IMG/VR virus record: IMGVR_UViG_3300036851_000237
Location: 1-54,570 of that record
Source of the DNA: a virus
Taxonomy: Duplodnaviria; Caudoviricetes
DNA length: 54,570 bases
Reading direction: 5' to 3' (one strand)
Within the stretch, counting starts at the first letter, position 1; each line of letters starts with the position of its first letter. This document shows positions 8,086-17,783 of this stretch, piece after piece. The translations under genes were made by a program, and so were the position numbers. Under the pieces are notes generated by a model. It made no database searches. It worked only from the letters and a program-made list of their open reading frames with translations, and had not been told where the DNA came from.

Positions 8086-8571
8086 GTGGGCCGAAAGAAG
8101 GTCATCAAAATCCCGCCGAGCCTGGAGGCCAACACCGAGCGCGCCATGCGTCTCGGGGCCGATGATTTCGCGGCGATCCCCGCCAATGTCTGGCTACCGC
8201 CGACGATCCGCGGTGAGAAGCCCCGCGTCGTCGAGGAGGTCGCCTTTGTGTCGGCACCCCCGAGCGTGCGCGAGAACATCGTGCGCATCCACGCGAATTG
8301 CGATCCCATCGGATTTCTGGTCGCGGTCGCCAACGGCCAGCCGATTGCGTGCTTTTCCGTCGGCAAGAACGGCGAGATCAACACCCACTACGAATTTCCC
8401 GACCTGGAAATGCGCGTCAAGGTCATGCGCCATCTTGCCGACCGCATCCTGCCCAAGATGTCGCTCGCACTGCGCAAGGGCCTGGGGCCGGACGAAGACG
8501 AGAGCGGCGACCGCTCGCGCTCCAAGGCCATCATCGAGCGCGCGGCCGAGCGGTCGGACGAGGGGGGCTGA
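8086..8571 (+). CDS. Putative terminase small subunit
   Basis: First gene of the rightward late operon; DPIGFLVAVANG...LEMRVKVMRHLADRILPK resembles TerS-like helices; GTG start after GGAG. Confidence 0.5.
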   Translation: MGRKKVIKIPPSLEANTERAMRLGADDFAAIPANVWLPPTIRGEKPRVVEEVAFVSAPPSVRENIVRIHANCDPIGFLVAVANGQPIACFSVGKNGEINTHYEFPDLEMRVKVMRHLADRILPKMSLALRKGLGPDEDESGDRSRSKAIIERAAERSDEGG

Positions 8572-8747
8572 TGGATTGGGGACTAATTTTCGCGGCCGGG
8601 ATGTTCGCCCTCTACATCCTGCCCACCGTCGAGATCATTTTCGACAAGCCGCCGGCAGATCGGCCCTATCGCCGTCACGCGGCGTCCATCCTGCTGGCGA
8701 TGCAGTTTCTCGCCATGGCGGTCATTATCGAGCGCGCGCTGGGGTAG
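8571..8747 (+). CDS. Small membrane protein
   Basis: MDWGLIFAAGMFALYIL...; two hydrophobic segments; TGATG overlap. Confidence 0.55.
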   Translation: MDWGLIFAAGMFALYILPTVEIIFDKPPADRPYRRHAASILLAMQFLAMAVIIERALG

Positions 8748-8749
8748 CC

Positions 8750-9118
8750 ATGGGACTGCAATGGCTTTTCGAGCAATTCGCCGGCAAGTGCCACTACTGC
8801 ACGCGGCCGATGACGCTTGAGCGCCATCAGCCGAACTCGATCACACGCGATCACGCCATCCCCAAGTCGCGCGGCGGCCATGGCGTTCGCAACAACGTCG
8901 TGGCGGCCTGCTGGCGCTGCAACAACGTCAAGAGCGACATGACGGCGCGGGAGTTCATCGCCATGTGGGGCGGGCGCTGGCATGAGCTGCCCGAGGCTCG
9001 GCCGGGCCAATTCTACAATGACGGGAAGCGCTATCGGCGCCGGGTGATGCGGATCATCACGCTCGCGGATCAGAAAGCGGTGACGTTGGCCGAAGTCTGG
9101 CCCAAGGAGTCGCCATGA
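8750..9118 (+). CDS. HNH endonuclease (packaging region)
   Basis: CHYC...TRDHAIPKSRGG...NVVAACWRCN. Confidence 0.85.
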   Translation: MGLQWLFEQFAGKCHYCTRPMTLERHQPNSITRDHAIPKSRGGHGVRNNVVAACWRCNNVKSDMTAREFIAMWGGRWHELPEARPGQFYNDGKRYRRRVMRIITLADQKAVTLAEVWPKESP

Positions 9119-9348
9119 GGCTCGACAGCCGCACCAACAGCCGCGCTCATCTGTTTTGCGTGCGCGTGCGCGGCGCCAAAGAGCTGCTTGAGGGCTGTAT
9201 CTGGGCCGACGATCAGACGGGCGAATATGCCATTTACCGGACGATGGATGGCCGCCCGGTCCGCGATCATTTCGGGAATGCGGTGATCGACGTGAAAAGC
9301 GCCGAGCTGGAGCTGCGGTTTATCCATTGGGGCGAGTGGCGTGCATGA
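9115..9348 (+). CDS. Hypothetical protein
   Basis: ATGA overlaps at both ends. Confidence 0.6.
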   Translation: MRLDSRTNSRAHLFCVRVRGAKELLEGCIWADDQTGEYAIYRTMDGRPVRDHFGNAVIDVKSAELELRFIHWGEWRA

Positions 9349-10850
9349 GCCGGCTCGAAAAAGCGCTCAAATTCTGGTCGAAGAATCCGGTCGAGGCGAT
9401 CAAGGACTGGTTCAACGTCACGCCCGAGGACTATCAGGCCGAAATACTGCTGGACGTTTTTGTCCGCGACAAAGACCGTATCGCCGCCAAGTCGGCGCAT
9501 GGCGTCGGCAAGACGACGGTGCTCTCTTGGGCCGGATGGCTCTATCTCAACACCCGCATCAACAGCCGCGTGGTGGCGACGGCGCCCACGCAAAGCCAGC
9601 TTTTCGACGCCCTCTGGCCCGAATACGCCAAATGGCACCAAGAGCTGCCCGACGAGCTGCGCGATCAGTGGCATATCTCGGCCGGGCACATTCGCAACAA
9701 GACGAACCCGAAGGTGTGGTTTGCGGTCGCGCGCACGTCCAACAAGCCTGAGAATCTACAGGGCTTCCATTGCCAACACATCATGGTGCAGGTCGACGAG
9801 GCTAGCGCCGTCGCCCAGCCCGTGTTCGAGGTCATCGAGGGCATTCTCTCATCCGCCGATGACCAGAAGGGTGCGAATGCCGAGGAAACCAAGCTGCTGC
9901 TGACCGGCAATCCGAACTTCACGACCGGCGAGCTGTATCACGCCTTCCACAAGAACCGCGATCTCTACACCCGCTACACGATCTCGGGCGACACGAAGCT
10001 GCCGAGCGATCCCAACGGCGGGACGATCTATCTCAGCTCCCGCGTCAAAAAGAAATACCGCGAAACCATCGCCAAGAAATACGGTGACGACTCAGCCGTC
10101 TATGACGTGCGCGTGCGCGGCGTGTTCCCGCGCCAGGACGATACGAAGGTGATCCCCTTCGCCTGGGCCGAGGCGGCGCAATATGTTCACCTACCGCTGT
10201 TCGACGACAAGGCCGACCCCATCACGCTGGTTATGGACGTGGCCCGCTTCGGCGGCGATGAAACCGTGTTGTCGGTGTTCCGGGGCGGCCATCAGATCGC
10301 CATGAAGACGTGGCCCAAGACCTCAACCGAACAATGCGCCGATATCCTCTATGACGAGCACGAATATTGGAAATCGCGCCGCATCCCGATTGAGCGCACC
10401 GTGATCGATGAGCCCGGTGTTGGTGGTGGCGTGGTGGATGCCGCACGGCGCCGCGGCCTGCCGATCACGCCATACCATGGCGGCGAAAGCCTCCAGAAGG
10501 ATCGCGACCCGGACGAGGACGTCCGCATGTTCGCCAACCGCCGCAGTCGGGACTGGTGGAGTCTTCGCCGCCGGCTGGAGCGCGGCGACATTCGGCTTTT
10601 GCAGGACGAAACGCTGATCAATCAGCTCGCATCCGTCGAGTTCTATTACAACGAAAAAGAAAAAATCCAGGTCGAATCGAAAAAGGACTTGAGGGACCGT
10701 CTGGGCGATGACGCCTCGCCAGATAGGGCCGATACCGTGGTAATGGCCCTAGCTCCGTGGTACACCTACGTCCCGGCCGGCAATAACGTTTCCGAGGATG
10801 ACGTGATCTACGGTGAGGACCGGCCGCGCCCCGAGCTGGAGTTGTGGTGA
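9345..10850 (+). CDS. terL: Terminase large subunit
   Basis: Walker A SAHGVGKT, Walker B QVDEAS, coupling motif TGNP, nuclease motifs MDVARFGGDETV and SPDRAD. Confidence 0.93.
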   Translation: MSRLEKALKFWSKNPVEAIKDWFNVTPEDYQAEILLDVFVRDKDRIAAKSAHGVGKTTVLSWAGWLYLNTRINSRVVATAPTQSQLFDALWPEYAKWHQELPDELRDQWHISAGHIRNKTNPKVWFAVARTSNKPENLQGFHCQHIMVQVDEASAVAQPVFEVIEGILSSADDQKGANAEETKLLLTGNPNFTTGELYHAFHKNRDLYTRYTISGDTKLPSDPNGGTIYLSSRVKKKYRETIAKKYGDDSAVYDVRVRGVFPRQDDTKVIPFAWAEAAQYVHLPLFDDKADPITLVMDVARFGGDETVLSVFRGGHQIAMKTWPKTSTEQCADILYDEHEYWKSRRIPIERTVIDEPGVGGGVVDAARRRGLPITPYHGGESLQKDRDPDEDVRMFANRRSRDWWSLRRRLERGDIRLLQDETLINQLASVEFYYNEKEKIQVESKKDLRDRLGDDASPDRADTVVMALAPWYTYVPAGNNVSEDDVIYGEDRPRPELELW

Positions 10851-12247
10851 TGGCGTCCTTGCGCGAGTTCGCGTCTCTTGCTGTCGATTTCCTGCGCCCG
10901 AAGCGCGAGGCGGCACGCCCCGCCGGGCGCCCCGCATCCGTCGAGCGCGAGATCACCGAGATTGCGACCGGCGACTCGCTCGTGTCGATGGCGCCGCTAT
11001 CGCCCAACCGGGTCGAGATTCGCAACCCCGACGATCTGATCCGCCGGCACAAGTTCAAAATCTATCGCGATATGCGCTTTGACGATCAGGTCAAGCTCGC
11101 GCTCCGCTTCAAGAAAATTCTGGTCTACGGCCGCGCCTGGGACGTGAAGGCCGCCAGCAAGGACGCGCGCGATCTGGAGATCGCCGCGTTCGTGCGCGCC
11201 AACATGGAAGCGGCCGGCTTCAAAAAGCTGGTGCGCAATTCGCTGACCGCGTTCGATTTCGGGTTTTCGTGCGGCGAGATTCTTTGGGAGGTCGGCCTAT
11301 ACGAGGGCCAGCGCGCCGTGCTGTTGAAGGGCGTCAAGCACCGCGACCCGGATTCGATTCGGATCATCGTCACCAAGGGCGGCGATATCGTCGGCTTCGA
11401 ACAGTGGACGGATTTCGGGAAGAAGATCGATATCCCGCCCGAGAAGATGTTTCATTTCGCCTATCAAGCCGAGTTCGACAATCACTATGGCACGTCCGAT
11501 CTGCGCGCCTGCTACCGCAATTGGTGGGCGAAGAAGTTTTTGATTCAATTCTGGTCGGTGTTTCTGGAGCGCCTGGGCGCACCCATGACGCTTGCCAAAT
11601 ACCCGCAGGGCGCCGCCTACGAGCTGAAAGAGACGATCAAGAACATCCTGCGCGGCCTCTCGTCCAAGACCGAAGTCATGGTGCCGCAGGGCGTCGAGAT
11701 CGAAGTGATTGAGTCCACGAAGGCGGCGAAGGGCGATTTCGACGCCGCGATCAAGTATCACGACTCGGCGATTGGCCGCGCGATCCTGATGCCCGGCCTG
11801 CTGGGGGCCTCGGATCACCAGGGCCGCGGCGCGGAATCGCAGTCGCGCCTACAGCTCCGCTCGCTGTTCAAGGACGCCGACGAAAACGGCAACGAGCTGC
11901 TGGCCGAGTTGCATCGCCAGATCGTCAAACCGCTGGTCGACTACAATTTCGCCATCGAAAACGACGCCTATCCCACGGTCGTCTTGCAGGATTACGGCGA
12001 GTTCGAAGCGGTCGAGATCGCCGATGCCATCCGGCAACTCTTCAATGTCGGCGTGCTCGACATGGATCAGGCGGACGTGAACTACACCCGCAAGATTCTC
12101 GGCATGCCGATCCGCGGCGAGGATGACGACGAGGATGAGGTTTTGCGTCCGCAGCCTGCACCGCTGCCGCAGTCCGGCATGGGGGCGGGCGCTGACGGTG
12201 GTGCAGGCGGCCCCACGGGTACGGGCAACACGAAGGCAGAGAAATGA
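10850..12247 (+). CDS. Portal protein (DUF935 / Mu gp29-like)
   Basis: Follows TerL; FGFSCGEILW, YGTSDLR, WSVFLERLGAP...KYP. Confidence 0.88.
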   Translation: MASLREFASLAVDFLRPKREAARPAGRPASVEREITEIATGDSLVSMAPLSPNRVEIRNPDDLIRRHKFKIYRDMRFDDQVKLALRFKKILVYGRAWDVKAASKDARDLEIAAFVRANMEAAGFKKLVRNSLTAFDFGFSCGEILWEVGLYEGQRAVLLKGVKHRDPDSIRIIVTKGGDIVGFEQWTDFGKKIDIPPEKMFHFAYQAEFDNHYGTSDLRACYRNWWAKKFLIQFWSVFLERLGAPMTLAKYPQGAAYELKETIKNILRGLSSKTEVMVPQGVEIEVIESTKAAKGDFDAAIKYHDSAIGRAILMPGLLGASDHQGRGAESQSRLQLRSLFKDADENGNELLAELHRQIVKPLVDYNFAIENDAYPTVVLQDYGEFEAVEIADAIRQLFNVGVLDMDQADVNYTRKILGMPIRGEDDDEDEVLRPQPAPLPQSGMGAGADGGAGGPTGTGNTKAEK

Positions 12248-13293
12248 CCACGATCCCGAACGTCGAGCTGTTCGCCACCGGCATCTGGAAAGGGTCCGGC
12301 GGTTCAACGGCCGTCACGGACTCCGATCTCGATCAGATCGTCGCGTCCTACACCGAACTCGGCAAGACACCGGGCTTTCAGCCGTTCTTGAAGCTCGGCC
12401 ACGCCGAAAGCCAACGGTTCTTTGGGCAGCGCAAGGGCGCTCCGAATCTCGGCTTTGTCGAAAACATCCGCCGCGCCGGCAACAAGATCGTGGGCGATTT
12501 TGTCAACGTGCCCCAAGCGCTTGTTGACCTGATTCGCAATCGGCGCTACAACTCTGTCTCTATAGAGCTGTATCCGTCCTACGAATTTGGCGGCAAACTC
12601 TATCATAACGTCCTCTACGCCGTTGCGTTGCTCGGGGCCGAGTTGCCCGCGGTGAAGGGACTCAAAGAACTAGCTTCAAGCCTCTTCGAAGATGACCCGT
12701 TCGAAGGGGGCAAAGGCGAAACCACCCTGTTCGAGGAATGTCTGATGACCACATTCACCCAGGAACAGCTCGATACGCTGGTAGGCGCGGCCCGCACTCA
12801 GGAGCGCACGGCGGTCACGACGCAGTTTCAGGAACAGGTGAACACGCTGACCCGCGAGCGTGACGAGGCGCGCGGCGAGCGCGACCGCTCGCAGGGCGCA
12901 CTCCGCACCTTCGAAAGCGACCAGCACCGCCGCGAGTGCGAGCGGATGGTCGACGAGGCGATCAAGGATGGCAAGCTGCTGCCCAAGCAGAAAGTTCAGG
13001 CTCTCGCGTTCGCGATGGCCATGCCGGGCAAGATCAAGTTCGGTGACAAGGAAGAGGATGGCGCCAAGGCGTTCGCCGACTTCCTCAAGAGCATGGGCAA
13101 GGCGGTCGATACCTCGCAGCGCTCGGCCGGCGGCGGCAACGAACGCCGCGAGTTCTCGTCTGCCGGCGATGAGGTCGATCAGAAGGCCCAGACGCTCGTC
13201 ACCGAGGGCAAGGCCAAGACCTACGCCGAGGCCCGTCAGGTGATTCTCAAGTCCGACCCGGACCTCAAGGTCCGCTACTTCAACGGGGAATGA
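12244..13293 (+). CDS. Mu-like prohead protease with C-terminal scaffold
   Basis: LKLGH, RRYNSVSIEL, AVALLGAELPAVKGL, then coiled coil with EAIKDGKLLPKQ. Confidence 0.85.
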   Translation: MTTIPNVELFATGIWKGSGGSTAVTDSDLDQIVASYTELGKTPGFQPFLKLGHAESQRFFGQRKGAPNLGFVENIRRAGNKIVGDFVNVPQALVDLIRNRRYNSVSIELYPSYEFGGKLYHNVLYAVALLGAELPAVKGLKELASSLFEDDPFEGGKGETTLFEECLMTTFTQEQLDTLVGAARTQERTAVTTQFQEQVNTLTRERDEARGERDRSQGALRTFESDQHRRECERMVDEAIKDGKLLPKQKVQALAFAMAMPGKIKFGDKEEDGAKAFADFLKSMGKAVDTSQRSAGGGNERREFSSAGDEVDQKAQTLVTEGKAKTYAEARQVILKSDPDLKVRYFNGE

Positions 13294-13296
13294 GCG

Positions 13297-13695
13297 ATGG
13301 GCTTCCAGAAAAGCGTTGAGTCCGAGTCGTTCATCGCGAACAGCGATCTCTCGGCCGCCAAGCACCGCATCGTCGAACTGCATTCGACCGCCGGCAAGTG
13401 CGAGATCGCGGCGCTGGGCGAGGGCTACGGTGTCCTGCAGAACGAGCCCAAGTCGGGCGAGCACGCCACGGTCGCGAAGGGCGGCATCGCGCGCATCCAG
13501 GTCGGTACCGGCGGCGTTTCCATCGGCGGCTACGTGACGGCAGCGGCCTCGGGCTACGGCCTCGCTGTCCTGTCCGGTCAGGCCGCGGTGCGCAAGGTCA
13601 TCGGCCGCGCGCTGACCGCAGCGGCGTCGGGCATGACCGCAGATGTCGATCTGAATTACCGCTTCACGTTCCAGGCGTCTGGCGGCGCCATCTAG
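13297..13695 (+). CDS. Head decoration / capsid cement protein (DUF2190-like)
   Basis: Small Gly/Ala-rich beta protein just before the MCP; GVLQNEPKSGEHATV. Confidence 0.75.
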   Translation: MGFQKSVESESFIANSDLSAAKHRIVELHSTAGKCEIAALGEGYGVLQNEPKSGEHATVAKGGIARIQVGTGGVSIGGYVTAAASGYGLAVLSGQAAVRKVIGRALTAAASGMTADVDLNYRFTFQASGGAI

Positions 13696-13711
13696 TCCGG
13701 GAGCCCCTTAA

Positions 13712-14683
13712 ATGACCACTTCCGCCCCTGCAACTGGCCGCGAGCTGCATATCGACGTGCCTCTGTCGAATGTGGTCGTCGGGCGGCGTCCCGAGGGCTT
13801 CATCGCGGATCGCCTGCTGCCGATCACGCCGGTCGATAAGCAGTCGGACATCTACTACAAGTTCCGCTATCGCGAGTGGTTCCGCCACGAGGTCAACATC
13901 ACGCACCGCGCCCCCGGCACCGAGCCGAAGCAGGTTGCGATGACCGTCACGTCGGATACCTACTACGCCAAGAACTTCGCCCTCGCCGCCGGCTGGCCGG
14001 TCGAGGACGTGGTGAACGCCGATGCGGTTCTCCAGTGGGCCGAGTCCAACGCGCTGTTCCTGATGGACCGGCTGATGATGGACTACGAGATGCGCATCGC
14101 CACCCTGGCGGTGAACACGTCCAACGTCCGCACGGTCGCGACGATCAGCTCGGCGTGGTCCGATCCGGTCAACTCGCGCCCGCTCGACGATCTCTTCACC
14201 TGGAAGGAAAACTTCCGCCGCGCGACCGGCAAGCGCCCGAACACGCTGATCCTGCCCGAACAGGTGATGACCTTCCTCAATCGCAACGACCAAATCCGCG
14301 ACATCCTGTTCGGTGATCGCGGCGGCCTTGCGACCGCCGAACAGATCGCCGCCATCGTCGGCGTGCGTCAGGTGCTCGTCCCGGAATCGCTGGTCAACAC
14401 CGCGACCGAGATGGCCACCACGCTCGGCTCGGGCACGCTCTCGGATGTCTGGGGTCCGCACATCTACTTCGCCAGCATCGACACGCTCCAGGGCATGATG
14501 ACCGATACGTGGCTCAATGCCTTCCGCTGGACCTCGCCCCTCTTCAACACGCCGCTGGCGGTGATCCGTCACCCCTTCGACACGAAGAAGAAGCGCTATG
14601 ACATCGAAGTGTCCTACTACCAGGACGAAAAGGTCGTCTCGTCCGACCTCGCGCTCCGCTTGATGGACGTGGTTTCGCTCTAA
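13712..14683 (+). CDS. Major capsid protein (HK97 fold)
   Basis: HIDVPLSNVVVG...FIADRLLP..PVDKQSD...GKRPNTLIL; followed by a strong terminator. Confidence 0.9.
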   Translation: MTTSAPATGRELHIDVPLSNVVVGRRPEGFIADRLLPITPVDKQSDIYYKFRYREWFRHEVNITHRAPGTEPKQVAMTVTSDTYYAKNFALAAGWPVEDVVNADAVLQWAESNALFLMDRLMMDYEMRIATLAVNTSNVRTVATISSAWSDPVNSRPLDDLFTWKENFRRATGKRPNTLILPEQVMTFLNRNDQIRDILFGDRGGLATAEQIAAIVGVRQVLVPESLVNTATEMATTLGSGTLSDVWGPHIYFASIDTLQGMMTDTWLNAFRWTSPLFNTPLAVIRHPFDTKKKRYDIEVSYYQDEKVVSSDLALRLMDVVSL

Positions 14684-14705
14684 GCCTGATCCCGGGTGCC
14701 GTCAT

Positions 14706-14734
14706 AGGGCCGGTTCGAAAGGACCGGCCCTTTT
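14706..14734 (+). terminator. Rho-independent terminator after the MCP gene
   Basis: AGGGCCGGTTC-GAAA-GGACCGGCCCT followed by a T run. Confidence 0.85.
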
Positions 14735-14749
14735 GATTCCGATTTTATT

Positions 14750-14779
14750 TTGCGACTCGTCCTATGTTGCTGTTACGCT
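14750..14779 (+). promoter_or_regulatory. Putative promoter for the glycosyltransferase and neck/tail genes
   Basis: TTGCGA-N18-TACGCT with TG extension and T-rich upstream tract. Confidence 0.4.
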
Positions 14780-14860
14780 CGGGGCGCCCGCGGGTGCCGG
14801 CGGGGGATATCAAAGTCCTCCCCCCGACTTGCCCTCGCCGGCTTCATACCTGGGGGTTTA

Positions 14861-17779
14861 ATGGAAATCGTGATTGTTGCCGGCGGCATGCCGTTCGGCC
14901 CTGATACGTTGGATCATTTTTCGCTGGGCGGTTCCGAAACAGCGGCCCAGCAGATCGCCAAGGCGCTCAAGGCGCGCGATCATCTCGTCACCGTCTTTTG
15001 CAATCTCCCGCCGGCCGGTCGGCCCGACTTCCATCAGTCGGGAGCCTTGGGCTCGGACAAGGTGCGCTACGTCCAGATGGAGGCTTACGAGCCCTTCATC
15101 ACGTCGACGGAAGTTGACCTTCTGATCGTCAGCCGCGATCCGACCAAGATCAACCTGCCGCACCAAGCCCGCAAGGCGGTCCTCTGGATGCACGACCTCG
15201 CCACCCATGAGTTCATGGGGGGCGCACTCCCTCATATGGCGTGGTGCTTCGATGAAATCTGGGCCGTCTCCGAGTTCCACCGGCAGCAGATTCATCAGGT
15301 GACGGGCTACCCGCTCCGCTGCATCCGCGCCACGCGCAACGGCATCGTCAAGGTCGACGTGCTCGAAACCGAGCGCCTGGACAATCAACTGCTGTACGCC
15401 GCGCGCCCCGAGCGCGGGCTTGAGCATCTGGTGCGGCCGGACGGCATCATGTCGCGCCTGCCCGAGTTCAACCTCAAAGTCTGCATGTACGCCAATTTCC
15501 CGGAGCACATGCGGGGCTACTACACCGCGCTCAATGAATGGGCCAGCCGCCTGCCGAATGTCGAGATTCTGGGGTCAAAGACGCAGACCGAAATGCGGCA
15601 GTTGATTCATGACTCCGCGGCCTATGTCTACCCGACCAGCTTTGAGGAAACGAGCTGCATCCTCACTCGCGAGTGCATCGAGCAAAAGACCCCCTTCATC
15701 ACGACGCGGGCGGGCGCGCTGATCGACAGCCTGGGCGATTGCGGTGTGTACGTCGATGGCCTGCCAGAGCTGGGCAAGACCAATGACGAGTTCTATCAAG
15801 CCTTCGCCGACACGGTGAAGTCGATCCTCGGCAGCGAAGGGGCGATGCGCGAGATCGTCGCCAACATGAATGCGCGCGACGATCTCTATTGGGATCAGGT
15901 CGCCGCGGAGTGGGAGAGCTGGGCAACGGCCGCCGAGCCGCAGCTCTACTCGAAAATCCGCTCGATGATCGAAGACTCCGACATCGTGCCGGCGATTGCG
16001 CTGATGGGTTCGGCCTTCGAAGGCGCCTGGACGCTGGGCGTAGAAGCCTTGGGCCAGCAGCTTGAAAAGCTCTATCCCTACCTGCACGGCAAGGAGTCGT
16101 TCGCCGACTATTACGAGCGGTATTTCAAGCGTGAGGACGAAAAGGGCGCGCGCCACAAGCCCGACATGGATGGCAATAGCCGGTTCGAAGCCATCGCGCG
16201 CGAGATCGCCGCACTGCCGGACGGCTCGGCGATCCTCGATTACGGCTGCGCCGAGGGCGTGATCATCCTGGGGCTCGCGAAGCGCTTCCCGAACAAGTCT
16301 TTCTGCGGGGTGGATTTCGCGGCCAGCAACATCGAGCTGTGCCGGAAGTACGCCGAGGAAGATGGACTCAAGAACGTCTATTTCGCCGTGGGCAGCAGCG
16401 ACGATTGGCCGCCCGAGGCGATGCCGCCGGTCAACGGGTATTTCGATGCGGCGATTTGCTCGGAAGTCCTGGAGCACGTCGAGAAGCCTTGGGAGCTGGC
16501 GACGTTCGTGGAGTCGAAGGTCACGGCGGGCGGCCGGGTCATCATCACCGTGCCGGCGGGGCCGTGGGAAGCGACCGGGCTCTACGACAAGGATCAGTGG
16601 TTCTGGCGCGCGCATATCTGGCACATCAACAAGTGGATGCTGCGCAAGATGTTCGCCGACAAGGCGACCTGCAACATGTCGAGTCTGGCCAACGGGCATT
16701 TCCAGGACATGCGCGCTATCGGCCATACCGTCTTTGCCTACGAGGCCGATCACAAGCCGGTGCATGCGGTCGATCCGCTCGAAAAGGCCGAAGCCCATCG
16801 CGCGCGCCACACGCTCGGGGCCGCGATCATCGCCATGAACTCGCAGGCGACGATCCTCAAGACGCTGGACTCAATTGGCCGCGTGTGCAGCCAGATCAAC
16901 GTCGCTCTCGGACCGTCGACCGATCAGACAGAGCAACTGACCAAGACCTGGGCAAAAGAACACCCGTGGTGCGAGGTCAGCATCATCCCGGTTCCGAAGA
17001 TCGAGCCGGGCGCGTTCGGCTTCGATGACGCCCGCAACCGCAGCATCGCCGGGCTCGATACTGATTGGATTCTCTGGATCGACACGGACGAATACTTGTC
17101 GCTGCCCGAGAACGTCCTCAAATATCTTCGCTCGTCTGCGGTCGAATCTTACGCGGTTCATCAGCATCACTTTGCCTGCGATCCCCGCGGCGCCCCTCCC
17201 CAGATCGACAAGCCGGCGCGGATTTTCCGCAATCATCACACCTTCAAGTTCTATGGGAAGGTGCATGAGCACGCCGAGGTTTCGTTTAACGGCGGTCCTG
17301 GGTTCTGCCACCTGATCATGGACGCCGACATAGGACATATCGGCTACGAGAACGAGGCGGTGCGCCGGCTGCGCTTCAACCGGAATTTCCCGCTGCTGGA
17401 ATGGGATCGTCAGGTCTACCCCGAGCGCAAGCTGGGCCATTATTTGTGGATGCGCGACATCATTCATAGGATGCGCTACTATATCGAGATCGGGCAGGTG
17501 CCGGTGGCACGCCAACTTGCACAGGACGCTATCGACTTTTACGAAGGCCACTGGCAAGACCTCGATGCGTTCGGCAGCGCCGCCGGGCAGTCGCTCGGCT
17601 ACCTGACCGAGGCGCGGGCGTTCCTGGGGCAGGGGCTTGAGCTGCAAACCGTCCTGCGGTCCAACGGCCGCGAGATGGCGATCACAGGGCGGTTCCATAC
17701 GGTAGATGAGTTGACGCGGCTGCTGGCGAAGGTGTTACAGCCCGAGATCGACCGGAACAACAGCAAGTATTTGCGGTAG
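14861..17779 (+). CDS. Tri-domain GT4 glycosyltransferase + SAM methyltransferase + GT2 glycosyltransferase (972 aa)
   Basis: GT-B motifs: LGGSE, LWMHD, AVSEFH, RNGI, RPERGL, ETSCILTRE (EX7E). MTase motifs: ILDYGCAEG, FDAAICSEVLEHVEKP, GGRVIITVP. GT-A motifs: STDQT, FDDARN, WIDTDE (DxD), GKVHE, HIGY. Confidence 0.9.
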   Translation: MEIVIVAGGMPFGPDTLDHFSLGGSETAAQQIAKALKARDHLVTVFCNLPPAGRPDFHQSGALGSDKVRYVQMEAYEPFITSTEVDLLIVSRDPTKINLPHQARKAVLWMHDLATHEFMGGALPHMAWCFDEIWAVSEFHRQQIHQVTGYPLRCIRATRNGIVKVDVLETERLDNQLLYAARPERGLEHLVRPDGIMSRLPEFNLKVCMYANFPEHMRGYYTALNEWASRLPNVEILGSKTQTEMRQLIHDSAAYVYPTSFEETSCILTRECIEQKTPFITTRAGALIDSLGDCGVYVDGLPELGKTNDEFYQAFADTVKSILGSEGAMREIVANMNARDDLYWDQVAAEWESWATAAEPQLYSKIRSMIEDSDIVPAIALMGSAFEGAWTLGVEALGQQLEKLYPYLHGKESFADYYERYFKREDEKGARHKPDMDGNSRFEAIAREIAALPDGSAILDYGCAEGVIILGLAKRFPNKSFCGVDFAASNIELCRKYAEEDGLKNVYFAVGSSDDWPPEAMPPVNGYFDAAICSEVLEHVEKPWELATFVESKVTAGGRVIITVPAGPWEATGLYDKDQWFWRAHIWHINKWMLRKMFADKATCNMSSLANGHFQDMRAIGHTVFAYEADHKPVHAVDPLEKAEAHRARHTLGAAIIAMNSQATILKTLDSIGRVCSQINVALGPSTDQTEQLTKTWAKEHPWCEVSIIPVPKIEPGAFGFDDARNRSIAGLDTDWILWIDTDEYLSLPENVLKYLRSSAVESYAVHQHHFACDPRGAPPQIDKPARIFRNHHTFKFYGKVHEHAEVSFNGGPGFCHLIMDADIGHIGYENEAVRRLRFNRNFPLLEWDRQVYPERKLGHYLWMRDIIHRMRYYIEIGQVPVARQLAQDAIDFYEGHWQDLDAFGSAAGQSLGYLTEARAFLGQGLELQTVLRSNGREMAITGRFHTVDELTRLLAKVLQPEIDRNNSKYLR

Positions 17780-17783
17780 AGAC

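Noticed and set aside
7961-9118. 385-aa ORF as a single protein
   Set aside because: Only the C-terminal 122 aa (from 8750) is a credible HNH; the upstream part overlaps better genes in other frames
14750-14860. N-terminal 37 aa of the 1009-aa ORF
   Set aside because: The TTG start overlaps a promoter-like and structured leader; the GT4 domain begins at ATG 14861
14861-17779. DNA-hypermodification or O-antigen conversion role for the GT fusion
   Set aside because: No base hydroxymethylase/TET-like gene or polymerase, no TM segments or gtrAB-like partners, and late structural context; disfavoured but not excluded
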